A stretch of DNA of 64,000 bases. It comes from Macrostomum lignano. Its lineage: Eukaryota. A model generated the notes under the pieces. That model was given only the letters and a program-made list of their open reading frames with translations. It ran no database searches and was not told the origin of the DNA. The stretch is from positions 66,729 to 130,728 of the forward strand of contig NIVC01002016.1 of assembly GCA_002269645.1 (NCBI GenBank), given 5' to 3'. Below, piece after piece: positions 51,310-63,169 of this stretch. Position numbers and translations under genes: made by a program. Positions within the stretch are counted from its first letter, which is position 1; each line of letters opens with the position of its first letter.

Positions 51310-52584
51310 TCAAATCACGCACGACTCGAACACTGTATCGTGGCAGTCGCACAGAAACGGCCGCTCATCAACCGGCGGATCCGGCGGCTGCACTTCCAGA
51401 GCGGCCTGTCGAAATTCCGGCTGGCACAGCTCCAGCCAAGTCAACAGCGAGTGCTCAGGCAGCTGCAGCTGGGGTCGGTCGCCGAGTTGAAAGGCCTGCG
51501 GCAGGCGAACTCGCCGCAGACTCAGCCCGGTCGGAGGCGTTCGGCTTGCAGCGTCGGAGCAATCGGCGGACCGATCGAAGCGCAGTACGGCGGAGTCAGA
51601 CCGGCCGGTCAGGGAGGCGGAGTCAACTGGCAGGTGGACGGAGCGGGCGGCCGGGAAGCAGCAGGCCAGGTAGGCCAGCAGCACGCGGAGCGGCACGGGC
51701 GGGTTGGCCAAGCCGGACACCTGCAGAAACTGACAGCGGTCGTTGGCGACGACGCTCCGCCACTGGCCGACCCTGTTGTTGGACCGCATCGCAAACGCGA
51801 GCCGGCCGGCCAGACCGTCCGGAATTTTCAGCAGCGGCACTTCCGGCCAGGTCGGCAGCTGACAGTGCGGCTCCAGCCAGGGTAGGAAGGCATGTCCGGG
51901 GAGGCTAATGCCGCAGGCGGACAGTTGCAGCGAGTCGGGCAGGTGCACGCAGCAGCACCGGCCGGAGTGCAGGCCACGAATAGCGCCCAGAGCCTGGCGA
52001 CAGTCGGCCGGGCGGCTGAATTCGGCCAGCAGACAGTCGAAGGGTATCGGCAGCAGGCGGTGAACATGGCAACGCTGTAGCTGACCGAGCGGCAGTCGAC
52101 TGCTGATCTCGCCGACAAACAGGTAGCGACAGTCCATGGCGGCGGCCTCGGCGTCCGACAGCGGCACCCAGTCGGCGTCGGCCATTGACAGGCAGCGGAC
52201 GCGCTGGCCGGGCAGCACAGCGAATAGGCGCGGCCGGCTGAGGACTGGCAGATTGCCGGTCAGTCGGCGCCAATCCGGGGACTCTGCGGCGCGCTTTATC
52301 GCGGAGTCTACCGCGCCAAATTCCGGCACCAGCGGCCGCCTCCTTAATCCTGTCGGCATGGTCATTGTAAGCTTCCAGCCGATGACGCCCTTAGTGCAGC
52401 AGGGCAGAGCCAGGACTTCGCCAAGTAAATCCGGGCTGATGAGGCTGCGAGCCAGACTCTCCAGGTCAGCTGGCATGATGTTGCGATCGAAGGGGCCGAG
52501 GCTCCAGCGGCAGACTGGCCCGGCAACCAGTTCAAAAACGGCGTTTGGGCTGTCGGCTTCAGCGACAAGCACATCCGTGACTAC
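51310..52584 (-). CDS. Hypothetical protein with diverged RRM-like repeats, exon 2
   Basis: Acceptor TGCCCGTTGCTCCAG at 52585; YLFVGEI...LLAEFSRPADCRQALGAI and FLQVSGL...AVLRFDRSADC resemble RNP2/RNP1 plus helix. Confidence 0.7.
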   Translation of the reverse strand, partial: VVTDVLVAEADSPNAVFELVAGPVCRWSLGPFDRNIMPADLESLARSLISPDLLGEVLALPCCTKGVIGWKLTMTMPTGLRRRPLVPEFGAVDSAIKRAAESPDWRRLTGNLPVLSRPRLFAVLPGQRVRCLSMADADWVPLSDAEAAAMDCRYLFVGEISSRLPLGQLQRCHVHRLLPIPFDCLLAEFSRPADCRQALGAIRGLHSGRCCCVHLPDSLQLSACGISLPGHAFLPWLEPHCQLPTWPEVPLLKIPDGLAGRLAFAMRSNNRVGQWRSVVANDRCQFLQVSGLANPPVPLRVLLAYLACCFPAARSVHLPVDSASLTGRSDSAVLRFDRSADCSDAASRTPPTGLSLRRVRLPQAFQLGDRPQLQLPEHSLLTWLELCQPEFRQAALEVQPPDPPVDERPFLCDCHDTVFESCVI

Positions 52585-52619
52585 CTGGAGCAACGGGCAG
52601 CGGGTGATAAGAAACTTTA

Positions 52620-52790
52620 GGTCGGGATTTCAGACACTTCAGGGCGAGATTTCAGAGACACTTCAGGGCGGGATTTCAAAGACACTTCAGATCGGGATTT
52701 CAGAGACACTTCATGGCGGGATTTCAGAGACAATTCAGGGCGGGATTTCAGAGACAATTCAGGGCGGGATTTTAAAGACACTTCAGGTCA
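52620..52790. repeat. 24-bp intronic minisatellite (GGGATTTCAGAGACACTTCAGGGC)
   Basis: About 7 units inside the 52585-52898 intron. Confidence 0.88.
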
Positions 52791-52898
52791 TGCGGTTGTT
52801 GAAAGGCTTTCAAGACAATTTTTGGACGGACATTCAGTAGATATATCCATGGAGTCCAACAAGTTTACATAAAAGCTGAAGCCAGCCATAAACCTTAC

Positions 52899-53540
52899 TG
52901 GTTCATCTCTGATGCAGCCGATGCACCCCTCACAAGCGGCAGCACCTATGGGGACAGCTGGCACAGAGACAGCCGAGTCCGATTCAATCCAGACGAAACT
53001 AACGCAGTCTGCGCATCGGATAGTGGACTCTAATTGGCGTCTAGTCAAATTATTGCGCGCATTTCGCACCAGAAAGCAGCATCCGTTAGCCGAGACAGGC
53101 GAACAGTTAATTGCAGAGGTCAATACGTCGTCTTCAACATCGTCAAAAGCGCGTTGTAACGCTCGCCGATCGGAGCTCTTAACAATTAGATAGTTTAATT
53201 GGGAAAATCCTCGCCTATGCTGACTAGCCAGAGCTGTTGAACTGCTAGAGATTGGCATTAGCCAGATTACACTGGCCCGGCCGCAGTCGCTGTTAACCCT
53301 GGCGGCAATGGCTAAGGCCTGCTCTAGGCTGGCCAGTTGGCACAGCCGGGAGCCGTCAGACAGGTAGAATTCCGCTAGCAGGCGACAGCCAGCTGACCGG
53401 ATTAAGGCGCGGAGCTTCTCGCAGGGCGCGTCAACAATTTGAACAAAACTAGAGCGCTGCATTGCCTGTTGATTGCTCTCGGCATTGTAGCGATATTGGT
53501 AAGCACCAATTGCTGCACCGTGGCGTCTGCAATCCTGCAT
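52899..53540 (-). CDS. Hypothetical protein with diverged RRM-like repeats, exon 1
   Basis: ATG at 53540 preceded by TCTGCAG|C; donor CCA|GTAAGG at 52898 in phase 0 with the next exon; FLVRNARNNLTRRQLESTI is RNP2-like. Joined length is 638 aa. Confidence 0.65.
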
Positions 53541-53654
53541 GCTGCAGACTGAAGCTGAAGATTTTTATGCAGCTTGAATTAGCAAATATTGACTCCAAGT
53601 TAACTAGCACTTTCTGCTTCATTTTTGTGCCTTGGATCTAGGCGGTGGCGGCCC

Positions 53655-54711
53655 AGTTTGAGGAGCTGGGTTGCTATGCGCTCAGTCTGAGGATCTGGGT
53701 TGCTATGCGCTCAGCCTGAGGATCTGGGTTGCTATGCGCTCAGTCTGAGGAGCTGGGTTGCTATGCGCTCAGCCTGAGGATCTGGGTTGCTATGCGCTCA
53801 GTCTGAGGAGCTGGGTTGCTATGCGCTCTGCCTGAGGATCTGGGTTGCTATGCGCTCAGCCTGAGGATCTGGGTTGCTATGCACCCAGCCTGAGGATCTG
53901 GGTTGCTATGCGCTCAGCCTGAGGATCTGGGTTGCTATGCGCTCAGTCTGAGGATCTGGGTTGCTATGCGCTCAGCCTGAGGATCTGGGTTGCTATGCGC
54001 TCAGTCTGAGGATCTGGGTTGCTATGCGCTCAGCCTGAGGATCTGGGTTGTTATGCGCTCAGCCTGAGGATCTGGGTTGTTATGCGCTCAGCCTGAGGAT
54101 CGGGTTGCTATGCGCTCAGTCTGAGGATCTGGGTTGCTATGCGCTTAGCCTGAGGATCTGGGTTGTTATGCGCTCAGCCTGAGGATCGGGTTGCTATGCG
54201 CTCAGTCTGAGGATCTGGGTTGCTATGCGCTTAGCCTGAGGATCTGGGTTGTTATGCGCTCAGTCTGAGGAGCTGGGTTGTTATGCACTCAGCCTGAGGA
54301 TCTGGGTTGTTATGCGCTCAGTCTGAGGATCTGGGTTGCTATGCGCTCAGCCTGAGGATCTGGGTTGCTATGCGCTCAGCCTGAGGATCTGGGTTGCTAT
54401 GCGCTCAGCCTGAGGATTTGGGTTGTTATGCGCTCAGCCTGAGGATCTGGGTTGCTATGCGCTCAGTCTGAGGATCTGGGTTGCTATGCGCTCAGCCTGA
54501 GGATTTGGATTGTTATGCGCTCAGTCTGAGGATCTGGGTTGCTATGCGCTCAGTCTGAGGATCTGGGTTGCTATGCGCTCAGTCTGAGGATCTGGGTTGC
54601 TATGCGCTCAGCCTGAGGATCTGGGTTGCTATGCGCTCAGCCTGAGGATCTGGGTTGCTATGCGCTCAGTCGGAGGATCTGGGTTGCTATGCGCTTAGCC
54701 TGAGGATCTGG
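53655..54711. repeat. 29-bp minisatellite (CTGGGTTGCTATGCGCTCAGCCTGAGGAT)
   Basis: About 36 units. Confidence 0.96.
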
Positions 54712-55589
54712 GAGGGTGGCGGGTCAGTTTTCAAAGATACTAGAATAACTCCGTGGGCCACTCAGCACATTTGCGTGCAAGCTACTTTCAGTTCAGTAAT
54801 AAGTAAACTGAAGCATTTTAATGTATTTTTAAAGACAAGACTCAATTTATTGGCTCTTACCCCCCCCCCAAGCTTAAACCCTTAAACTCCACACAGAAGC
54901 TTTACCACTGCCCCGCCACCCAATTTTTATTAACTTCCTCGGTTGTTCCAGCCTAAATTTGCCGTGTACATTTCAGTTGCTACTGTAGATTATTGCTGAA
55001 CCAATTAGCAGGTTGTTTACACCTTGCAAGCTTGGGCTTCTAAACTTATCAAAGTCATTTCAGCCGCCTTTTTCTTATAAAATAGATTATGTATTCCTTA
55101 TTGCTACTGAACAGAAAGTAGAAAGCTGTTTTACTAAGTATATATGCCTGAGTGGCCTATCTAGTTATTTTAGTATCTGTGGTCAGTGAGGATCTGTAGT
55201 CAGTCTGTGCTCTGTGGTCAGAGGGTAGTGAGCCAGTGAGGATCTGTGAGGGTGGCGGGCCAGTGTGAGGATCAGGGTAGTCGGTCACGATCCCATCCTG
55301 ACAACTAAAGAGGGTCTGAGGTAAAAAGACACACCAAAGATAGCTGAGCTGTTGAATGTCACTCAGAAAGCAATATAAGACAGCAATATGCTGAAAAGAT
55401 CCAATGGTTGATTGTATTAGTGAATAAAAATGGCATAATGTACTCCATCTGAACAGCAGCAGCAATGCACTAACAAGGGCTTAGTAAACCAGAGTTGCTA
55501 ATAAATCGCTTTCAGAAAAGTTTAAAGTTTCAGTTGCGCTAAACCAAGCAAAAAATGAAGGAAATGCAAAATTATACCCTTGGGCACCT

Positions 55590-55871
55590 TTACTGATCTG
55601 GCACCAAATCAAACCGATCAATAGTGCCAATAACAAGAGTGGCAAAGTCAAAAAATGAATTGATGGCCACTCGTAATTTTCTCACTTGCCCCGAGGTGAA
55701 AGTCACAACAACCAACGAGCCATCTGCTCTAATAGTCTTAGTAACGAAGCTTCTTGGAGGCTCAGGGTCAACAGATAGGCTGGTGCAAGCAATCTCGGCA
55801 TGTCTGGTATCCTTGAACGGGATTCGCAGAACAGCCTGATGTACTTGGTCTGAGTCTCCAGTTGAATTCAT
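55590..55871 (-). CDS. LAGE3: KEOPS/EKC complex subunit Pcc1/LAGE3 homolog, 93 aa
   Basis: LRIPF..RHAEIACTSLSVDPEP...VTKTIRADGSLVVVTFTSGQVRKLRVAINSFFDFATLVIGTIDRF matches the CTAG/Pcc1 family signature. Confidence 0.93.
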   Translation of the reverse strand: MNSTGDSDQVHQAVLRIPFKDTRHAEIACTSLSVDPEPPRSFVTKTIRADGSLVVVTFTSGQVRKLRVAINSFFDFATLVIGTIDRFDLVPDQ

Positions 55872-57979
55872 GATTGACACATGAAATTGTATAGTTATGT
55901 ATGTATTTTATATCATGCCATGTTGCTACTGCCTAAGCAAAATTATAAACATAATGGCTTTTCACTTTCAATGTGAGGGGAGCTCTTAAGTCCCTAGAAA
56001 TTGGGGACTCAAGCAACAAGACAAATTACTGATGTAAATTGGGGTTGGAATAGGAATAGGGGAGGGCTAAAGTTAAGATAAATGTTTTCACTTTCAATAC
56101 AAGCGAAGCTCTTAAGTCCCTAGGCTCAGGGACTCAAACAACATTTTTGCACCACATGCATGTTTTGGTTGGAATGGTGGGGGCTTAAGTTAAGATGGTG
56201 AATGAAGGAGAGATATGTGAGGAGGAGGCAGAAAGGGGAAAGAAGAGCAGGAAGAGGGGAGAGAGAAGGGAAAAGAGAGAAAGGGGGCAGAGAAGAGATA
56301 GAAAGAAAGAGGGAAGAGGAGAAGAGAGGAGAGGAGAGAACAGTCATAAAGACAAGTTGAGTTGATATGCATTGAGTGCCACAGATATATTCTGTCTGCA
56401 GAACACTTATTCATGGCTACATTCCTGCAGCTATAACAGCTAATAGTGAGGTCCCAATGCCTGATGCTAATCATACATGCGCAACAGTCGGCCGAGTCGG
56501 CCGATCCGGCCGACCGATTTGGCGGCCAATCAAGGAAGTCGCAAAAATGCCCACCCAAAAAATAACCTGAAGAGTAGTACTAAGTAGCTGACGAGGCATT
56601 TTAGCTTAATAAAACAGTCATAGTTACTCCTGCCGTTTACCCAAAGTTGCGTTAATTTTGCTTTCGGTTTTTTTTATATGTAAGTCGCATTTTTGGCCAA
56701 AAACTACGTCGCATTTTTGTTAAAACTAAGTCGCACGGCTGACCGAATTTTGGAGGTTGCACATGTATGATGCTAATGGCACACTGCAACCACAGCAAGA
56801 AAGTTACAGAAAGTTTATTAGCTAAAGATATGGATATAGATACATATAGGCTATTATAAAATTTTGGTTATGGTAGAACTATTTTCAACTATATTTAATA
56901 CTAAGAGGATATTTTAAATAATGCATGTGGGAAAAGCCTGTGGAAATTGGCTAGAATTGTGAGTCTAGGATTGGTGTACTACCTGACAATGTGAAAATTT
57001 TGACAAGGTTGCATAAAGGGACAAACTTATTATATAGTTTAACAATGACAATAAAAGGGTTAAACAATGATAGTAAGTGTTAAAAAATAACAGGCATCTT
57101 AATAAAAATATTATGACAATGCACTTGAGTAGTATTATGTTGCATTGTTAAAAATGGCCATAAGACACTCATGCACTATACTAATATACTAGACAATCTA
57201 CCATTGTTATAAACTCACTTTGATGCCTTATCACTTTGATAAGTGTTTAACACTTTTGCCATTGCCATAGACAACAAATTGACATCGGCAAATTAGAACA
57301 AATGCACTTATATAAAAATTAATAACATTGAGGAAATAATCTTTTTTGGTTAATAATAGTAGCATTACTATGATGAGTAATCATAGGAAAATACAATAAA
57401 TTTGCCCTTAGTCAGTTACTAATAAAATCAGTTACTAATGCCAATAGATCCAAATTGCTACTTGTTGAAAGTAAACATGCTGTATGCTATGGATAAGTAA
57501 GCAATTCTAATTAACATGTCTGAAGTAGTAAAGACATAGACATAACACCATGTCTATAATGTTGGAGCTTATAGGTATATCTACCATGTCTATAATGTTA
57601 AGCTTAGTACATATTGCTTTAAGTTTAAATTTTGGCTAAAAGGGACTACCAAAGTTTTTGCATTATACTCATACATAGATATATTACAATTGCCATGTCT
57701 CTATTTTGTGGTGTTGGCCTATGAACAAATATAAATCTAACAAATTATGAACTTGCAATTCCAACACATGTATTGACTATTGCCTTGGCCCATTTTGACT
57801 GTCACCTTTGCCTTTTTATTTGTTGCCCTTTTAATCTAGGCTGTAGCCAGCAATGATTGCCCATTCTGCAATTAGGCTTAGGTGATAAAGCCTACTTAGA
57901 TTCACAAAGTAAAAATTCATAAATGAGAAATAACATTTTAAACTATTGTATATTAAGTGATAATATGGGCCTGCCTGGC

Positions 57980-58576
57980 GGTAATCTTTCCTTACCCGAC
58001 CGTAAATTATTTTTGGCTTCCTGTTTCAGTTTCTTTTAATTTTTTTGGCTGAAGTTGTGTATATATGTGGGGCGCACATTTTAAGAAAAGAAAAAAATGT
58101 TTTTAATTTTAGATTTTTTAATTTTTTAATAATTTTTCTCAAAAAATTTCTACTGCCTCTAATTCAACAGCATGTGCTACCCGGCACACGCATCCTGACT
58201 GACCAGTGGGCTGCGTACAACCAGCTGCCGAACCATGCCACTGTCAACCACTCCCTCAACTTCGTCAACCCTGGGGACCCAACTGTGCACACCCAGAACA
58301 ATGGAACATCGAGGGAATGTGGGGTCATGTCAAGGCCAAGCTAAGACGGATGCGTGGCACGTCGGGCGCACTCTTTGACACTTATCTCCAGGAGTTTATC
58401 TGGAGGTGCCATTGGAGAGGAGAGCATCATTTTGAAAATTTCATTTACTGGGTCCGGCACTACTACCCATGCTGACTTTTAGCTTTTACCATAAGCCCAT
58501 AAAAATATTTACATTTTAAATATAAAAAATTCGAAAAAACAGAAAATAATTTACGGTCGGGTAAGGAAAGATTACC
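57980..58576 (+). mobile_element. Merlin (IS1595/ISXO2-like) DNA transposon, internally deleted, 597 bp
   Basis: Perfect 34-bp TIRs GGTAATCTTTCCTTACCCGACCGTAAATTATTTT, 9-bp TSD CTGCCTGGC (57971-57979 and 58577-58585), transposase C-terminus GTRILTDQWAAY..VNHS.NFV..HTQN-IEGMW..YLQEFIWR. Confidence 0.93.
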
Positions 58577-59072
58577 CTGCCTGGCTGATATTTTGAGGTC
58601 TACTTTTTAAATTCTGTATGATATACAAGTCATTGATAGCCATACCATATTATAAAGCCTAACACCATCAGGCACATAGCCAGAATTCACATCAGGGAGG
58701 GACAAATGACCTCAAACTATCTCCACTGTTAGCGATAGAAGCAAAATACAAAGGCAATAAAAAAATTTCCTCTAAGGGGGACATATCCCCAGTGTCCATA
58801 GTCAGGAAGGTGGCATATATGCTAGAATTTTCTGGTATGCATATGGTATGCCAGATTTTTTTGGCATGCTCAAAGCAATGATAAAAAATATGGCGCAATT
58901 GGCATGCTCAAGGCAATGCTAAAAATATAGCACAAATGGCATGCTCAAGCTCAAGGCAATGGTAAAATATGGCATGAATGATTAGCATGCATTAAAACTT
59001 TGAATTTTGGAGTTTAATATTGTGCTTGTGGTTGTCAATGTCATTGTGGACATGGTTATACTTATAATCTAA

Positions 59073-59748
59073 CAAGCTGTTAAAACCCGCGGATTTTGAA
59101 CCCGGGGAATTCCAATCCCCGGAACTATTTTTGCATATTGAGATTAAACTCAAACAAAAACATTTATTAGTTGGGATAGAGTTAAACATAAAATAGAGTA
59201 CATTCGTGTAAAATTAGGATTTGAGGCAAACATTGATATTGTTGGCTGGGGTGCTGCGCAGAATGTCAGGAAAACTCTGGCCTCTACCTCTGCCTCTCCC
59301 TATTTCCATTGCATCCTTTGAAACTTCTATCTTCTCTTCTGTTTTCTCACTTCTCTCTTGTCTCTTGTCTCTTCTCTCTCCTCCCATCTCTTCTTTCTTT
59401 TCTCCTCTGTCCCCTCTTCTTTTGTCTCTTCCCTCTATTCGTTTCTCTCTCCTTTCCTCTCTTCTCTCTCGTCTCTGCTCTCTCATCTCTCATCTCTCCT
59501 CTTTTATCTCTTCTCATTTCTCTCTGCTCTCTCCTCTCTCTTCTCTCTCTACTCTCTACTCTCTCTTCCCTCTCCTCTCCTCTCTTCTCACTCATTACAT
59601 TACCCTCTCTCAACACTTCCCTCATCTCTCCTCTCTCCTTTCTCTTCTCTTCTCTCCACTCTCTCCTCTCCTCTCTTCTATCGTCTCTTTCCTCACCTCT
59701 CTTCTCTCTTATCTTTGCTCTCTTATCTTTTCTCTCTTATCTCTTCTC

Positions 59749-59796
<48 letters not shown>

Positions 59797-62124
59797 TCTC
59801 TGCTCTCTCCTGTCTCATCTCTCTTCTCCTCTCTAATCTCTCCCCTCTTTCCTTTCATCTCTTGTCCTTCCCCTCTTTCCCCTGTCTTCTCGATTCTCTC
59901 CCTCCCCTCCTCTCTCTCTTCACTCACTTCTCTCTCCTTTTGTATCACCTCTCATCTCTCATCTCTTATTTCTTATCTCTCCTCTTTCCTCTGTCATCTG
60001 TCATCTTTACTCTCTTATACTCGTATGCTCTCTCACCTCTCTTCTTTGTACTCTTCTCTTTCCCCTCTTTTGACTCCTCTCTTTCCTTTCTCCTTTCTCC
60101 TTTTTCCTCTTCTCTTCTCTTCTCTTCTCTCCCCTCTTCTATACTCTCTCCCTCTCTTGTCTTCTCTCTTTTCTCTCACTCTCCTCTCTCGTCTCTTATA
60201 TCGTCTGTTCACTCTCATCGTTGCTCTCTCATTCCCCTCTCTCTTCTGTCATCTCTACTCTCCTCTCTACTGTGCACTCTTCTCTTTCCCCTCTTCTGAC
60301 TCCTCTCTTTCCTTACTCCTCTCTTCTCTTCCCTCTTCTATACTCTCTCCCCTCTATTCTCTTTTCTCGTCTCTCCGCACTCTGCTCTCTCTTCCTTCAT
60401 CTCTCATCTCTACTCTACTCTCTCATATTTCCTTTCATCTTACTCATCTCTACAATCTCATATCTTTCCTCTCTCCTCCTCTTCCCTTTACTCTATCATC
60501 TCTCCTTTGTCCTCTCTTCTTTCTCAACTCTCTCTCATCTCTATCTTCTCTCTTCTCACTCGTCTCTCCCCCTCTTATCTCCTCTCCTCTATCCTTTCTA
60601 ATCCCCCCTCTCGATACTCTCATCTCCTCTTTGTTCTCTCATCTCACTCTTCTCTACTCTCCTCTCTCATCGATCCTCTGTCTCATCTCTCCCCTCTTCT
60701 CTCTCCATCTTCTCACCTCTACTATTTCCTCTTCCTTCTCTCTCCCCTCCTCTTGCTTCTTTGTCCCATATTCTCTGCTCTCTCCTCAACCTCCTCGTAC
60801 GTCTCTCCTGTTTTCTTCTATCTTTTCTTTTATCCCCTCTCGCCCCTCCTCCCTTTCTAATAGTCTATTTCTTTTCACTCTCATCTGGCCCGTAGCCATG
60901 AGCTGGATTCTTTATCTGGCCTTTGAGATAAAAATCTGCCGATCCCTGCTTCGAAAGCCAGTTTGTGGGACGTAGTACTATCATGGTTGTTATCATTTCC
61001 CATGCTTTAATCACGTCATCTTTCTGGTCAATTAGCAGCCCTGAGAGAAATTTGTATATCTCCAGCTCCACCACGTCCACCACAGTCTGCAGCAGTCTAA
61101 CAACCATGGAAATACGCATTTCTTAGGAGGCCATTTAAATTTTAAAGTACCTTATGCGAATCTTAATGTTAAAATTTTTATGGTGTAACTTATTTAGTAG
61201 GATTGCATTGTAATAAGTTATTCATTAATTTTTCGATATTTTTATAAACCATCCCACATCGCCTTGATTTGCCATCCTTGTTTAACTGCTGCAGACTTGT
61301 CCATTCAGAGGAAAGGAAAGTGGTTTAAAATTGAATCTCTCGCTAAACTGTCTCTCCTCTCCACGCCTCTCCACTCGCGGGGGTACAGAGAAGGCTATTA
61401 AAAAGTTATTCCAAAACACTGTACATTCGCTATGTACATTCAGTCCTATCGCCTGACCCTTCGTCTGAGCTGGGGGAATGAGTGAGTGAGCGGCACAAAC
61501 AACAGAAAAAGCAGACAAACTTCACATGCTTACAGTTTCTGTCCTGATTGAGATACAGAGTTGAGACTTTACATGTAGGCAGAGAATGAGTCAATAAAGA
61601 ATTGTGTCAAATTTGAAGTCAATCGCTTTATTTGGAGCAAACTTATGGCAGCTGAAAGTTAGTCAATTTTGAAACCCTTTTACACATCTGGGCCCAGATC
61701 GGGATCGAGAGAGGCAGGCGGGCGGAGGTTGGGGTGGTTGCTACGCTGAAAAAAGCAGCCTAACTTTAAAAGTGCACAGCGCCGTTCAGGATTAACTTTG
61801 AAACTCGAAATTTTACATGATTGTTCCAAAATAGTTGAAGATTATCTGTGTCAAATTTGAAGAGAATCGGTAAAAGTGGAACGGCGCTATGGAGGATTTA
61901 GTGAAAAAATCGCGCATTTTGAGCAGTTTTTTGTACTTTTAGGTAGGAAGACTCAAATTTAGGAAATTAAAGGTAGCCTAAGACATTCTCCGTAGTGAGT
62001 TTAGGGTGGGTGTAAAATTTGGTGTCATTTGGTTGAGCGGTTTGGGAGTCCATAGCGATCAAAATTGTCCACACACAGACAGACACACACACACACACAC
62101 AGAGTTTTGATTTTTATATGTAGA
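59073..62124 (-). mobile_element. Non-autonomous Helitron-like element, unit 1 (3052 bp) with an internal CT-rich tract
   Basis: Minus-strand 5' TC at 62124 followed by AT-rich leader and (TG/TGTC)n; 3' hairpin CCGGGGA-ATTCCAA-TCCCCGG and CTTG|T end at 59073; resembles Lep1-type Helitrons. Confidence 0.65.
59330..60860. repeat. CT-rich low-complexity tract including (CT)n
   Basis: Direct; source of the S/L-rich ORFs. Confidence 0.95.
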
Positions 62125-63094
62125 CAAGCTGTTGAAACCCGCGGATTTTGAACCCGGGGAATTCCAATCCCCGGAACTACTTTTGCATGTATTCTGAAAT
62201 CTAAGGTCATACACAAACAAAAACTTGTTAATAGTTAGTAGAATAGAGGTAGACATAAAATGGACACATTCGTGTAAAATTAGGATTTGAAGCAAACATT
62301 GATATTGTTGGCTGGGTTACTTCACAGAATGTCAGGCAATGTCTGTCTGACTCTAAAACATGTATTGGCAAACTCTGGCCTCTCCCTGACTCTCCCTATG
62401 TCCCTTGGATCCTTTAAAATTTCTATCGTCTCTTCTGTTTCCTCTCTTCTCTCTCGTCCCTCGTCTCTCCTCTCTCTTCTCTCCTCTCTTCTCTCATATC
62501 TTCCCTCATCTCTCTTCTCTTTCATCTCTCTTATCTCTTGTCTCTTCTCTCTTCTCTCCTCTCTCCTGTCTCCTCTCTACTTTTCGTTTTCTCTCTCCTC
62601 TCCTCTCTCCTCTCTACTCTTTCGTTTTCTCTCTCCTCTCCTCTCTCCTATCTTCTTTCGTATCTTCCCTCATCTCTCTTCTCTTTCATATCTCTTATCT
62701 TATCTCATCTCTTCCCTTTTCTTTTCTCTCTCCTCTCCTCTCTCCTCTCTACTTTTTCGTTTTCTCTCTTCTTCTCTCTCCTCTCTCCCCCTCTTCTCTC
62801 GTCTCTTCCTTCTCCTCTCTATTCTTTTCTCTCTTCTCTTAACTCTCTCCTCTCTCCTCTCTCCTCTTTCCTCTCTCTCTCCTCTCTCCCCTCTTCTCTC
62901 GTCTCTTCTTTCACCTCTTTCCTCTCTCTCTTTCCTCTCATCTCTTTTCTTGTTTTATCTCTTCTCTCTCCCCTCGTCACTCGTCTCTTCCCTCACCTCT
63001 CTTCTCTCTTGTCTGCGTTTTTATCTCTCCTTTCTCTTCTTTTATCTTTTCTCTCTTATCTCTTCTCATTTCTCTCTGCTCTGCGCTCTCTCTC

Positions 63095-63169
<75 letters not shown>

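Noticed and set aside
51301-52840. Plus-strand ORFs overlapping the RRM-like gene, and similar antisense ORFs over the GPCRs
   Set aside because: Shadow frames of GC-rich coding sequence.
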